A stretch of DNA of 62,551 nucleotides from contig NC_068982.1 in the NCBI RefSeq assembly GCF_001194135.2, forward strand, positions 91,066,232 to 91,128,782. Direction: 5' to 3'. Below are positions 37,975 to 52,075 of this stretch, piece by piece. The DNA is from Octopus bimaculoides. Taxonomy: Eukaryota. Below the pieces are notes generated by a model, which was given only the letters and a program-made list of their open reading frames with translations, had not been told where the DNA came from and ran no database searches. The number at the start of each line of letters is the position of its first letter. Positions within the stretch are counted from its first letter, which is position 1. The translations under genes were made by a program, and so were the position numbers.

Positions 37975-38346
37975 ACTTTTACTAGTTTCAGTCATTTGAC
38001 TGCGGCCATACTGGAGCACCACCTTCATTCGAATAAATCGACCCCATGACTCATTTTTAGTAAGCCAACTACTTATTCTACCTGTCTCTTACGCCGAACC
38101 GCTAAGTTACGGGGAGGTAAACACGCCAATACCGGTTTTCAAGTGACGGTTGTGGGACAAACACAGACACACAAATACATAGATATATATACGACGGGCT
38201 TCTTTCAGTTTTCTTCTATCAAATCCACTTACAAGGCTTTGGTCGGCCCGAGGCTATAGTAGAATACACTTACCCAAGGTGTCACGATGTGGGACTGAAC
38301 CCGGAGCCATGTGGTTGGGAAGTAAGCTTCTTACCACACAGCCACT
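37975..38346 (-). mobile_element. SINE family C, well preserved
   Basis: The reverse strand begins GTGGCTGTGTGGTAAGAAGCTTACTTCCCAACCACATGGCTCCGGGTTCAGTCCCAC. Confidence 0.85.
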
Positions 38347-39067
38347 ACTAATTTCTTCCGGAAATTTTTAAAAATATGTTCCTAGTTTTCTTGCTTTTCT
38401 TAACGTTTGTATCTACGTGTTAATTAGGTAACTATTTCATTTCAATCATCTCCTATGTGTGATAAAGCTGATAAAACGTGTTTAAGTCCAGTTTTAGCTT
38501 CTTAGTTCAGTTACGCGTAAGTTATATAGAGTGAAGCATAAAAGCATACATAGAGCTCCTCATACTCACACGATTTCAAAATTGCTTCTTCCTAACATCT
38601 TCAGAAAGTTACACCCACCACCTAGAAACCTGACTCTAAAATAAGAAAAAAAAATTAAAACATTACATGAGTAACAGCTTCTGTGAAATCCACAATTTTT
38701 TTTTTTTTACCCATCAGCTAAGCCAAAAACATTTCAAGAACAAGCATACACCACCGCCACCACCACAACAACAACAACAAAACGAATGAAAGAGTTTCTA
38801 AGTGGTCGCTCGACCAACTAATGATACATACCAAATTTCCCCAAATCACATCCTAACATTTTTTTTAAAAATGGAGAGGCATAAATATAGTGTTGAGTAT
38901 CTCTAAAAGACGAGATAATCAAGCTCAGCATGTGTCTAATTATAAGTACGCGCCATCAGCAACAACTAAACATATCAACATATCTGTTTAATCAGAACTG
39001 AATTAGGGCAGCATAAACAAGCAGCATAAACATAAGAGAGATTGCTTACAAGTCCTTCGTACTCACG

Positions 39068-39111
<44 letters not shown>

Positions 39112-39213
39112 NNNNNNNNNNNNNNNNNNNNNNNNNNNNNNNNNNNNNNNNNNNNNNNNNNNNNNNNNNNNNNNNNNNNNNNNNNNNNNNNNNNNNNNNN
39201 NNNNNNNNNNNNN

Positions 39214-39253
<40 letters not shown>

Positions 39254-39574
39254 AAAAGTAAAATGATATACAAATTCGTTTAGAGTATGTTTAGTGGCAC
39301 AAACACGCCAACACAGGATCTTCTACATGGTTACTCAAACTGCTAGATATAGCGACCAAATTTCCTCTTCAAATCACTCAACAGAATTTGCAAAGGAAAA
39401 GACATATTGGAGTTATATCCTTAGAAAAAGACGCGCTGATGTGGTGGATTGCCTGTAATCATAGATATACTCAATTGGGGTTGGCATGAGGTCAAATAAG
39501 AATGATGACGTCGACAACAAGAAAGGGAAATTACACTAAACTACAAACAATATATTAGATCTCCTCTTCCTTTA

Positions 39575-39790
39575 AAGGAGTGAACTCGCAGAATTGTTAT
39601 CATGCCGAAGAAAATTCTTTGCGGCATTTCGTCCGTTTCTGCGTTTTTAGTTCAAACTCTACCCCGGTCAACTTTATCTCTCATCTTTTCTGGATCGATA
39701 AAATAACTACCAGCAGATGACTGGGATCGATGAGATCGACTTAGCCTCTCCTCTAAAATTGCTGGCCTTGTGCCAAAATTGGAAATCAAT
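39575..39790 (+). mobile_element. SINE family A, diverged
   Basis: GTTCAAACTCTACCCCGGTCAACTTT...GGATCGATAAA...GCTGGCCTTGTGCCAAAATTGGAA. Confidence 0.7.
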
Positions 39791-40906
39791 GTATTAAATC
39801 CATCGGGGATTGTGCTAGTCTTGGTTAGGATATGGATCTCTCCAAATCACAGAACGAACTCTAAAGAATAAAAAATAATAACTTCGCATCGTGACAGGCT
39901 ACACCTACAATAGTATAGCAAATCTGAAAATTACTATCCGAAATTACTGATAGGTAGGTACCCTTTGGTATTGTAACTGATTTTCCACTCGGGTTGATAA
40001 CTGGTGACTAATCCACTATTGTTTATTGACGTATTATTTCTAAGCAAGGCTTCAGATAATCACGTCCCATGTCACCATTAACGGTGAAAAAGAACAGCTC
40101 GTGGGCGAATAAATATCACAGTTTTTTTCCTAAATAGGGCACCTAGTTTCTACTAGTAGCTGTTATAATAGAATATATAGTTTTACGGAAAGAGAGCTGA
40201 TGTAAAACTGAGATGCGTGGGGAAATATGAGAAATATCGGTTTCTTTGTTTACTTGTCAGATTATTTTTAAAGACATAAAATCAAGACAAATCTTTCCGA
40301 GAGTTTCATTTGATAACTGTCGCAAGTACTGGGTTAAGTCTGGAGAAAAATAACTTTTGCAGATTATGTTCAATGCCTGGAAACTATTTAGAAAACAGCA
40401 TATATAAGTGATCATTGTTTTGAGCCACAAATAGAAATGCCGATCATTCCTAAGGTGCGGGGAAATATAACAAAAAAATCAGAAAGTTTATAATGGGGTA
40501 TCTAAAGAGACTATACCATAAGCAGAGCTGTGTTACTGAGAGCGAGAGAAAGCTTTTGTTCATGGCATTGTTAATGTTATGGCTTTTTTCATGCCTTTTT
40601 TCACGGCAAGAAGCACATTACGCTGTAACAAGATAACAAAAGTTGTTTGGTGTGTGTTTGGGGATTAGGGGCTTGCCACAATAAAAGGTCTCGGGGGGAT
40701 TCTTCATATTGAAAATGTTCTGATTATTTTCTTTATGTTTCCCTTTCTATGTGGGGCTGTGTGTTGGGGCGTGCATACACAGACAGATACACATATTATG
40801 TATATATTTATTTGTTTCTCTGTTTTAAAGATATTTCACGAATTATGTAAATCATAAAATAACTGGGTGATTGACATAATGTTTCCTCCTTCTTGTTAAT
40901 GGGAGT

Positions 40907-40944
<38 letters not shown>

Positions 40945-40952
40945 AAGAGAGA

Positions 40953-40983
<31 letters not shown>

Positions 40984-41567
40984 GCACATAAGCATGTGGG
41001 TGTCTTTAAACACTTAATAAAAATAAAGGCTTAATGAAGCAATTATATGCACGCCCATCGACTGTAAAATTATCAATTAGTATCCGGCCCTCCGTAAAAG
41101 ACATTAAAATATTCACTGGCCTATGTTGTAACCAGTGGGAGCACTAATAAATGATTGATATTCTGTTAACGTATAAAACTAACATTGTTATGATAAGCAT
41201 AACGAGAAACATTTCCAGTGAAACCTTCCATTGAAGACTAAGTTGCTATTTTTCATCCGACGACCAAGTATACGGTGAGAATTAAGCTATTCGAAGTCAT
41301 CACTGATGTTGTTTTCTTCTGTAAAAGCAGGACTAATTTTATAGAGAAATAAAGGTGGAACACATTTGATTGACTTGAGCCTTACTTTATTTTGGTCCCT
41401 GTATCAACCCTTGAAGAGGAATAGGTCAAGACAGGTCGTACTCGACAGTATTTAAACTCAGACACTAAAGGAAGGAAAGTAAATACTATCAGTCATTTAG
41501 GTCGGCGCTCTACCATCATTTCTTGCCAACTTAACATCGTATTCAACAGTGGTGTTATTAGTTCTAT

Positions 41568-41605
<38 letters not shown>

Positions 41606-42077
41606 AGGGGTGGTATATTGTATAACTCTTCGTCACTCCAGATCGAACAGACCATCGATCAATGACGTGCAAGTTTTGTTCAGTCTTGTCTTTCTGAATA
41701 TCCAGGGCTTTGATATTTAGTGAGAATTGGCTATTATTTCTGGGAGACTGAAAGACCACGTTGAGGCTTACCTCCTTGACTTGCAAATATATTTTGATAA
41801 TGGTTGCACTAGAGAAAAACAGGATAGTTCCAAAATGTTTGAACTCAGACACATTCTATGATGTGCTGTAAACAATACGCATATATATACACAGACGCAC
41901 ACACATACACAAATACAGATGTGCACACATACATACATACATACATACATACATACATACATACATACATACATACATGCATACATACACTCACATATGT
42001 ATACACGTGTGTGTGTGTGTGTGTGTGTGGTGTGTTTACGTATGTACATATATGTATATATGCAAGCTTACACACAC

Positions 42078-42312
42078 AAATATACATCGTTGTAATTATG
42101 CAAAAGTGTCGTAAGTCCAAAACTTTGCCTTTTCAGAAAACGAAAAAGCAGTTTCACCATTCCATAGCAAAACCACTGGACTCCACTTTGACAATTTTTG
42201 ATATCTTGGCATCTGAAGCAGCTGGAGATACGATAGTTGATCAAAAGAGCTGGCTATTGCAAGCAAAAATAAATATTGAAAAATAAAAAAAACACATTTG
42301 GACATACGACAG
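42078..42312 (+). repeat. Unclassified interspersed repeat, second copy at about 49240-49465
   Basis: ATTATGCAAAAGTGTCGTAAGTCCAAAAC...CTTGGCATCTGAAGCAGCTGGAGATAC..ATAGTT...CTATTGCAAGCAAAAATAA is shared by both loci. Confidence 0.85.
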
Positions 42313-43629
42313 TTTCCCATAATAGCAAGGATATGTATATACATATATGAATACTTATAAACAAGCATCGAAACGTCGAGTGAATTGGTATTTTCATTTT
42401 AGACATTAAGGAAGTCTCGAACGCAGGAGTATAGTTGTGAAAACAGCTTAGAAGATCAGGTTAAAATACCCTCGTTGGCCACTTTCTTCTTATAAACTGT
42501 TTTCCTTGCTATTCTTCTGCATTCGAGATTCCTTTCATTTCTAAAATAAAAAAATATATGCATATATATGTACATATNNNNNNNNNNNNNNNNNNNNNNN
42601 NNNNNNNNNNNNNNNNNNNNNNNNNNNNNNNNNNNNNNNNNNNNNNNNNNNNNNNNNNNNNNNNNNNNATATATATATATATATATATACACACACATGT
42701 GCATATGTATGTAGGTATGTATGTATTAAATACCGGAAAGCGCGTGCATATATTCACGTGTAAACATGCATGTCTTGATGTAAATGAAGTATAAGGACAC
42801 TCTGCATATATACCCATATACACAGCGCTTGGTTTGTTTTGGCAAACACGTGCTTATATGCAAATGCATTGCACATTACATAATTGAATGAATAAACATT
42901 ACACATAGTACACATGCTTACGTAAATACATACTTACATACACACATTCTACATATGTTCATATACACCTACATCCATCCATCTATCCATACATACATAC
43001 ATGCATACATACATACCTATATACATACATACGTACATACATACCTATATACATACGTACATACATACATACATTCGTACATGCATACACACATGGCTGT
43101 ATGTGAACACATTATAGTAGTTATAAAATTTAATAACAACTCGGAGAAAAGACAAATTTGGAGCATGAAACAGTAGTTGAATTGGCTGCGCGTTCGACTG
43201 GAATCGTAAGATCGTTGGCTTTGATCTCAGCAATCCCAAATTGTTCTCTCTTTTTCTTCCATTGTTTTGCGAACATTTCAATATATCCGTCGAAATTACT
43301 TTATCTTCCTCTTCTCTAAAATATCTGGTCAGTTAGGTTAAACATGTAAGGATATAACTTATACATTGATTACATTTTCTTTCCTTTCTTTATTCTTTCA
43401 TTGGATTCCGGGTGAGATTTATTATCTTGCTAGCTAAGTCTGCAAGATTTCAGTGTGTATTTATTGATCTCTAACATTGGATCAAAGCTACATGCTTGCG
43501 TAGTTTATGGGCGATCAGATGACTGGAGGACAGTATAGCACAGCTAGCCATTGCTCGCGACCGACTACACCTTGATAACATATCCCTTGCTTTCCCTAAT
43601 TGTTTTTAGGTACCTATGAAGTCGTGAGT

Positions 43630-43940
43630 GAGTCGCGTGGCTTAGTGGTTAGGGTGTTCGGCTCACGATCGTAAAATCGTGAGTTCAATTCCTGACAACC
43701 CGTTGTGTTCTTGAGCAAGACAATTTATTTCACGTTGCTTCCGTCTACTGAGTGAGTAGTACCTGTATTTCAAAGGGCCATCTTATCACGTTCTGTCACG
43801 GTCTGTCTCCCTGAGAATTACGCTAAGTGTACACGTGTCTGGAGTGCTCAGCCACTTGCAAGTTAATTTCACAAGCTGGCTGTCCCGTTCATCGGATCAA
43901 CTGGAACCCTCGTCGTCATCGTAACCGATGGAGTGCCAGT
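43630..43940 (+). mobile_element. SINE family B
   Basis: Same head, TTGAGCAAGAC core and tail as 34747-35068. Confidence 0.85.
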
Positions 43941-44486
43941 TATAGTCGTGAGCAGACTTAGGTGCTCTATCACCAATAGAATATCCAGGACGTAATAACT
44001 GAAGGGAAGGAAAGCTGCACGAGCCCCCGAGTGGTGTCCAAGCAACAAGAAACGAAGTTGTTTGCGCAGAAACACAACGCGTGCCCGGTCCAGGAACTGA
44101 ACTCACGACTTCATGTTTATGAACCGAGAGCCCCAATCGCTTTCATTGGGATGACGTATAGTCAATTATATAATCTCTATTATATCGTATTTTTATTTTC
44201 ACTACTTCAGATAGATTAAGATTAAAGTCCATTTTGGCAGAATTCGAACTCAAAACATAAAAGTACACAACATACTTTTGACAATAACATTTGTCTGACA
44301 ATTTGGTATGCCATTTCTTGCAAATATATTTAAATGGATTTAATTAAACATTTCTGATCGTCATGAAAGTTAGCTTGATTACTTTCACATTCAATGTTTT
44401 GAAATTAAAGTATAGCTGTCGTTTAACAAACACTCGATATGCTCCATTTTAAGCGCCTGTTACATGATTTCAACGTGTGTGTGCGT

Positions 44487-44591
<105 letters not shown>

Positions 44592-45325
44592 TACAAACTG
44601 TTGATAGTGACATCAAGGCTTTACCGATGATTGGCTTCGTCAGACTGCGTGTTCTGCAGTCTTAGATAATAGTTATATGTTTAGGTAAATCTTGCAACTG
44701 AAGTCCAATCAGTTTCAGAGAGCGTGATTTATACAGTAGAAATATTATTTTCATTCATTTGTTTCAGGATGTTCTTTTTTTCATTTTGCTCAGCTCAAAC
44801 ATTATTAAATAAAGAAAATCTCGAAATGCCTTCCCGACTAACCATACCACGTTGGGTCCTTCAACAAGACATTTCATTTCACGCTGCTCCTGTACATTCA
44901 GCTGGCAGCAATGAGTAGTCTTGCGACAGTCAGGCGGCAATAAATGCGCCATGGAAACAGGGAATCCAGCGCTAGTGTTGTAAACATACCGAATTCACAT
45001 ACCCAGAGTATGCGTTTTATTTGGTCACCAGTTTGCTGAAGTAGAGCGCTCCAGGATCGACTCCCTCATAAGACTGGAGACAACTCGCCTCCAGTTCCCA
45101 CATGGATATTTCGCCATTTATGTTGTTAATCAACATCACGTACATGAATCGAACCAAGGGGGAACTAAATCGCCAGTCTATGACTATATATGAATAGTGA
45201 AAGAATCATTAATTGCTAACTGAATTTACTCTTATGTATGTATCATCGTGGCACACCAGATCGCTGTGCGCAACGAACCGTGAAGAAGTAAAATACATAC
45301 ACTGAATATGTGCGATCGATAATGT

Positions 45326-45367
<42 letters not shown>

Positions 45368-45394
45368 GAGAATGTACGAAAAATCAACAACAGA

Positions 45395-45545
45395 CGAGGA
45401 CAGGTGGTGTAAATAACAAAAGGATGTATTAGTATGACGCTCGGGAATACGGAAAGTCTTTGACGTTTCGAGCTACGCTCTTCAACAGAAAGAATACGGA
45501 GACAAGGAGAAAAACACGGAGAAAAAAAATTGAGAAAAAAAAATT
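45395..45545 (-). mobile_element. Penelope-type terminal repeat with a hammerhead-like motif
   Basis: Reverse complement of 45461-45488 is CTGTTGA AGAGC GTA GCTC GAAACGTCA; homologous to 53865-54050. Confidence 0.6.
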
Positions 45546-45567
45546 GAATAGTGTTCAGTCAACGGTC

Positions 45568-45659
<92 letters not shown>

Positions 45660-45870
45660 GCGTGTGTGTGTATGTGTGTGTGTGTGTGTGTATTCGCCTT
45701 TGGAGAAGACTATTTTTGTTCACATACATTCATACATATATAACTGTAATCAAGTTCAGTATATAATTCGAACATAACATACAAATACATAGATGAATAT
45801 ACGTATATGTATGTACAATATGTGTGTGTGTGTGTGCGCGCGTGTATGTTTGTGTGTGTGTGTATAAAAC

Positions 45871-45955
<85 letters not shown>

Positions 45956-46569
45956 AAGATAGACAGGCAGACAGGCAGCAGACATAGATATACATAATTA
46001 CATACGTACATATGTATGTATACACATATATATATACATATTTATCTATAAGGCGGTTTGTCTGTGTACATGTGTATGTCTGTGTGTTCTTTGGTTATTT
46101 CTTGGCATAAGTAAAAATAAGTAAGTCAAGAATATTTAAAATGCATTTTGCTGAATTGAGGTGACTCTGTCGTCACAGGTGGCTTGCGATAATATTTATA
46201 AGCGTATTTTGATGATTGCAGTATAAACTGATCTTGTGAAGAAAATGTTAGCTCTGAAATGGCGTGGTAAACAGAGCTATTACTGATAGTATTGACATTA
46301 ATTCTTCAATATCTAAAAACTATACGGCTATATAAATACTAAATGCGCGCGTGTGTGTGTGTGTGTGTGTGTGTGTAGCTAACATTCCCTAGCTACACAC
46401 AAGAGAGAAAACATGTTAGAAAGACAGGTCGTTCCTCTCTAATGTTTTGTAAATTCTTAAATACATCTCCTTCTGTGTATATATATGCTATCAAACAAAC
46501 ATGATTTTTATTGAACTCCTAATACTTTTTATTGAATACTCTCTTGTAAACTGTTTTTAACATTTTCTT

Positions 46570-46789
46570 CTTATTATTATTATCAAAGAATGTATATATG
46601 TATCTTAATACTTTTGTGACAACCAGTACTTAACACAACAAAGCATATACAAAGCTTTACATTTTACTTTTGACAATCTTTTTCTAAAAAAGTGAAACCG
46701 GTCAAGTGAATAAACATCTTTAAAATTGCATTTTCAAAGCTTCTTTCATAAATATTTCCACTCGTGCGGTATCTTACAACTTTACTTTG

Positions 46790-46800
<11 letters not shown>
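46570..46800 (+). mobile_element. Penelope-type terminal repeat (GAAACCGGT subfamily); inverted copy at about 62350-62551
   Basis: TCAAAGAATGTATATATG...TCTTTTTCTAAAAAAGTGAAACCGGT...TTTCCACTCGT.CGGTAT is shared with the reverse complement of the window end. Confidence 0.6.
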
Positions 46801-46837
<37 letters not shown>

Positions 46838-47253
46838 TGTATGTATGTATGTATTTACAACATACATATATAACATATACTTATTTATGTGTGTGTATGT
46901 ATATATATGTATAGTGTATATATATATACATATACATACACAAGAGCGTGAGAGGGACAGAGAGAGGGAAGGTAAAACAATAGAGAAAAATGCAGATATA
47001 CGTTTGAGGTTCAGAACATCGTTTCACATTCAAGCGTTTCGAGTTCAGTTCCATTGCGTGTCAATTTGGATAAGTGCCTGCTTATAGCTTCAGATTAATG
47101 TCTTGTGATCGTATTCAGTAAAGGGAAACTACACTGAAGTCTTTCGTGTATGTGTGTGTATGTGTACGTGTGTGTATGTGTACGTGTGTGTATGTGTACG
47201 TGTGTGTGTGTGTAGAAGTGTTTCCTATATGTGCAAGTATATGTCTTTCATGT

Positions 47254-47307
<54 letters not shown>

Positions 47308-47644
47308 TCGTTTATTATTACATAGGATGTTGCGCAACACCTTTCAAACTTCGATATCATTACTACATTTCATCATTTAGACATGGAATAAAGAAAATTC
47401 GACTGCACTAAACAAGTCAGTTTGGCAGTTTAATGATAATGTATAAGTAAGAGTGGCCGACAATGAGCAAAGTACCACCTTCTGACTCAGGGAAAACGAG
47501 ATGCGAACTTAGCCTAGAAGAGTTACTGTTAATAGTTACTTGAGAGTATGAGATCATAAATAAAAGATGAGTACTAGCGATACGGTGTAAACTTATTTTC
47601 AAGAAAACTTTTGGATTATTCACTTGATAACTAACGATTAATAA

Positions 47645-47805
47645 TCGTTTTTACTCTGGGTACAAGGCCCGAAATTTGGGGGAGGGAGCCAGTCAATTAG
47701 ATCGACTCCAGTACGCAACTGGTATTTAATTTATCGACCCCGAAAGGATGAAAGGCAAAGTCGACTTCGGCGGAATTTGAACGTTTCTGCCAGCTCGCCG
47801 CCTTA
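47645..47805 (-). mobile_element. SINE family A, internally deleted
   Basis: ATCGACCCCGAAAGGATGAAAGGCAAAGTCGACTTCGGCGGAATTTGAAC joins directly to TTCTGCCAGCTCGCCGCC. Confidence 0.85.
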
Positions 47806-48890
47806 ACTAATGATTCATAATGTGAGGTACTGGGTATGATAACACCCACAAACCACGGTCTGTGGAAATAGGGATGATACATAATTAAATTAAATGGCAA
47901 CAGTTATTTTCTTAGTTACTTGATTCAGAGAAAATCTAATTTCAACTCTATGAATATATTTTTTTGGTGCCGAGGGGATTCTGTTAATATTATTTTTATT
48001 ATTTTTTATTTGCCTGTATCTATTCCCTTATTTTCACATTTTATTTTCATTGTATTTTACTTCTGTTATTTTGTTTTGCCTGTTTTTGGCTTTTTTTACT
48101 TCAGTGTCTCGTATTCAGTTTATTTTACTTCTTTTTATTTTATTTTGGTTATTTTACTTAATTTTATTATCTATTTGTTTGTTTTACTCTGGTTTACTTA
48201 ACACCTGTGGCATTTACTATACTAACCTACTTATGAATCATAGCTTAGCATATCATTGCAGCAGTACAAATAATAACTAGTCATATATTATAGGGCTTAT
48301 GTAGTCTTTGTAGAACTGAGGCCTTACATTCATATCTTTATCTTAATCCCTCACAGGTAGCTCTAACTATTACTATTAAATATGCTATACTAATTAAACG
48401 GATCTTGATGCTTCATATTTAAAATAACCAGAAATACCTAAGCTGACTTCGGTTTGCATAATCCAGCAATTGCCATGGAATAACATCCAAAATATACGAT
48501 TAATCGCAAAGAGCGTCCAAAACATAGTTGGCCACTAAAAAAGCTGTCGGGTACCCAAATTTCGATACTTAATGTTAATACTATTCAACCATAGTAAGAG
48601 TTTAAGGGTAGTGGTTAGAAACAGGCGAACAATGACCAAATTTCCTCCTCTCTCCTTCTTTACATTCCTTTTTTTATTCTCTTCTCTTTTCCCATCTTCA
48701 TTTACTTTGGTGCTTGATGTGTTAGGTTCTCAAGATGATAGCATTTCAACGATTGTTCAGTGTATTTTCAATCGATCAGTCGATCTACTGAGTAAAATGA
48801 ACCATGAACGAAACCAAAATGCATATTGAAACTGTTGAAAGTCTGTATAAAGCCCATTATTTATGTCCTTTCATTATATATATACATGTA

Positions 48891-49213
48891 AAGTCGCGTG
48901 GCTTAGTGGTAATCGGCTCACGATCATAAGGTCATGAGTTCGATTCCCGACGACGCATTGTGCAATTGAATTGTTCCAGTCCAATTAACTAGCAAAAATG
49001 AGTAGTACTTGTAGTTCAGAGAGCCGGCCTTGTTACATTCCGTGTCACGCAGAATTTCCCTTTTTGTGGAGTGTGTCTGTGTCATGCTGAATCTTCCTGT
49101 CAGTGGGTGCCCATGTCTGTGGAGTGCTCAGCCACTTGCACGTTAATCTAACGGGAAGGCTGTACTGTTGATCGGATCATCTGGAACCCTCGTCGTAACC
49201 GACCAAGTGCCAC
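48891..49213 (+). mobile_element. SINE family B, diverged
   Basis: GTCGCGTGGCTTAGTGGT...GAGTTCGATTCCCG...GGAGTGCTCAGCCACTTGCACG...GGAACCCTCGTCGTAACCGA. Confidence 0.8.
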
Positions 49214-49469
49214 AAGGAGATATATATACATATATATATTGTTGCTATTATGCAAAAGTGTCGTAAGTCCAAAACGTTACTTTTTTCAGAAAACGAAAAA
49301 ATAGTTTGACCATTATTTAGCAAAAGCATTGTACTACATTTTGAGGATTTTTTATTTCTTGGCATCTGAAGCAGCTGGAGATACAATAGTTTGACCAAAA
49401 GAACCAGCTATTGCAAGCAAAAATAATTACCGAAAAAGATGCATTTGGCCAAATTTGGACATATGAATG

Positions 49470-49722
49470 TGAGGCTGTGTGGGAAGATGAATGGAGGCAT
49501 AATATCGCTATTACTAGTGATCACTTCAAACACTATGATGTTGACTGGATGTTTGATTTTTATCACTACATGCCCTCAAATTGCACTGTCCTCAGATTGA
49601 CACTCAAACACTCTGAAATGTGAGTATTGGAGCTTGCGGCCCGAATGCTAAACAGTGTAGCATGTCGTTTCCAAATTTCTGGCATAGTGAATTGAGTCAT
49701 GGTGGTGTTTTTCTCATAGATG
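49470..49722 (-). mobile_element. Fragment of the same Tc1-like family as 110-990
   Basis: GTGTGGGAAGATGAAT...CTAGTGATCACT.CAAACAC.ATGATGTTGACT.GATGTTTGATTTTTATCACT and TTTCCAAATTTCTGGCA.AGTGAATTG match 620-890. Confidence 0.85.
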
Positions 49723-50480
49723 GTACACACACACACACACTCACACACACACATACACACAGAGGATAATATTAATCAGTAAGAATGAGTGCTGAGCGCC
49801 GCATTAGTGGATAAATATTCTTTAGATGGACACGAACACCAACGTCCTATGTAATTGACTTGAAAATTGTTAAGTGATATACCTCTTTTAACATGAAACA
49901 AATGGTAGCCAGGCTACCCCACAAATAAAGTTATAAATATATATATATATANNNNNNNNNNTGTATGTATGTATGTATGTATTTATGTATGTATGTATGT
50001 ATGTATGTATGTATATATAAACACACATACACATGCATGCAGACAGAGAAAAACAACCGAAATCCCCTGATTTACTGATCTACACTAGTTTCACCGTGGC
50101 GCCGTCGTGCGGGCGTGCAGCAATACATACGGCCTGACCGATCCGGTTCTTGGAGCCAATAATTCTTCCGAAGTTATGGATTCATTTTCACTTCCCTAAA
50201 TCACGCTGACGCTATCGACGAAAGTTGCAGTACACAATGGAGACCTTTTTGTAATGGAGGTCACGGAACGACTCGAGAGCTGGAAATCGTCACGGACCCG
50301 GATTTCCACGCATATATGCGTATGTCTGAGAGGGAATTACTCATGCTTGGTTAAATAACGTGGGAAATATTATCTAGGATATGTTCACATGAATTAACAA
50401 AAACAGAAGTACAAACTTGTGTATGCTTATACATTCACATACATTCACCCTTCATCTGCCCTCACATATCTCTCATATAC

Positions 50481-50519
<39 letters not shown>

Positions 50520-50529
50520 TACACAAACA

Positions 50530-50572
<43 letters not shown>

Positions 50573-50613
50573 GTACACACACACGTACAATCATCCACAC
50601 ACTTAAGTACAAC

Positions 50614-50864
50614 GCGGCGAGCTAGCAGAATCAAGGCGGCGAGCTGGCAGAATCGTGAGCACGCCTGACGAAATGCTTAGCAGTATTTCGTCTGCCGATA
50701 CGTTCTGAATTCAAATTCCGCCGAGGTCAACTTTGCCTTTCATTTTTTCGGGGTCGATTAAAGAAGTACCAATTGCGCATTGGGGTCTATATCATCGACT
50801 TATCCGTTTGTCTGTCCTTGTTTTTCCCCTCTGTGTGTAGCCCCTTGTGAGTAGAAAAGAAATA
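50614..50864 (+). mobile_element. SINE family A with a perfect 17-bp TSD and a duplicated 5' end
   Basis: TSD ACACACTTAAGTACAAC at 50597-50613 and 50865-50881; the head GCGGCGAGCT(A/G)GCAGAATC is present twice. Confidence 0.9.
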
Positions 50865-51307
50865 ACACACTTAAGTACAACATAAACTCGCGAACATGTA
50901 TTGTTACCATACATTTATCACACACTCACGAACTTGCGATAAGCATATCCGCCATCACAGAGTGCATACACAATATTAACAAATAACAGTTATATAACTT
51001 TTTTTTATTTTGCATTTAACGAGGTTCGTCCTTCATTGAATGTCTTTCTAGTTGACCTGCGTGGTGTACAAATATCCCCTCACTACTCTCCTTAATTGCA
51101 ATTATGTAAGTCATCAATGAATAAATAATACGATCAACAGTCGCCTCAGGTAGTTTGCAGCATGCTCGGTCACTCTCGTAGAGAATTCGTCCAGCTTCTG
51201 TGACCTATAGACGTGATGAAGAGGGGGACACACTTCTAAAAGTGCAAGCTAGAACTCTATCCCATCTTCCTCTTCCAATTCCTAATTCTCTTACTACTAC
51301 TACCACC

Positions 51308-51394
<87 letters not shown>

Positions 51395-51558
51395 AATAAT
51401 AATAATGGTGATGATGATGAATCTCCCCTTTCATTCCTTCTTTGTTCTCGAGAATGGAAAACCAGAAAAGCAGGAAACAGTTTTAGACTACCATTAGCTC
51501 TCAATAAACATGTTATGTCTCCAAGCTAGATAAATGGAAAGTGTGTGTGCGTGTGAGT

Positions 51559-51594
<36 letters not shown>

Positions 51595-51874
51595 AGAGAC
51601 AGAGTGAGAGAGTAAAAAAGTGAGAGAGAAAGATTGGTTGATAGCTATCTAGCTAGGTATATGGGTAGATAGGCAGGTAGGTCAATAGTAATTCAGATAA
51701 ATTGATAGATAAGTAGGTAGATAAAGTATGTAGATAGGTTGGTGGTTAGAAATGTATTAGATAAAATTATAGACAGATAAAGAAGAGAGAGAGAGCGTGT
51801 GAGAAAGGAAGGTAATATTGTAGGTAGAAAGGTATGTAGACAGGTAGATAGGTTAAATGGGAGAGTAATAAGTG

Positions 51875-51950
<76 letters not shown>

Positions 51951-52003
51951 CAGTAAATTGATAACTAGATAATATGACAGATAAGTAGATAAATAGATAG
52001 ATG

Positions 52004-52075
<72 letters not shown>

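Noticed and set aside
44760-45200. Apparent exon AQTLLNKENLEMPSRL... (+) and a minus-strand frame VIDWRFSSPLVRF...
   Set aside because: 44815-44920 is a degraded family B SINE core (GTCCTTCAACAAGACATTTCATTTCACG); the adjacent frame has no recognisable motif and may be SINE tail.
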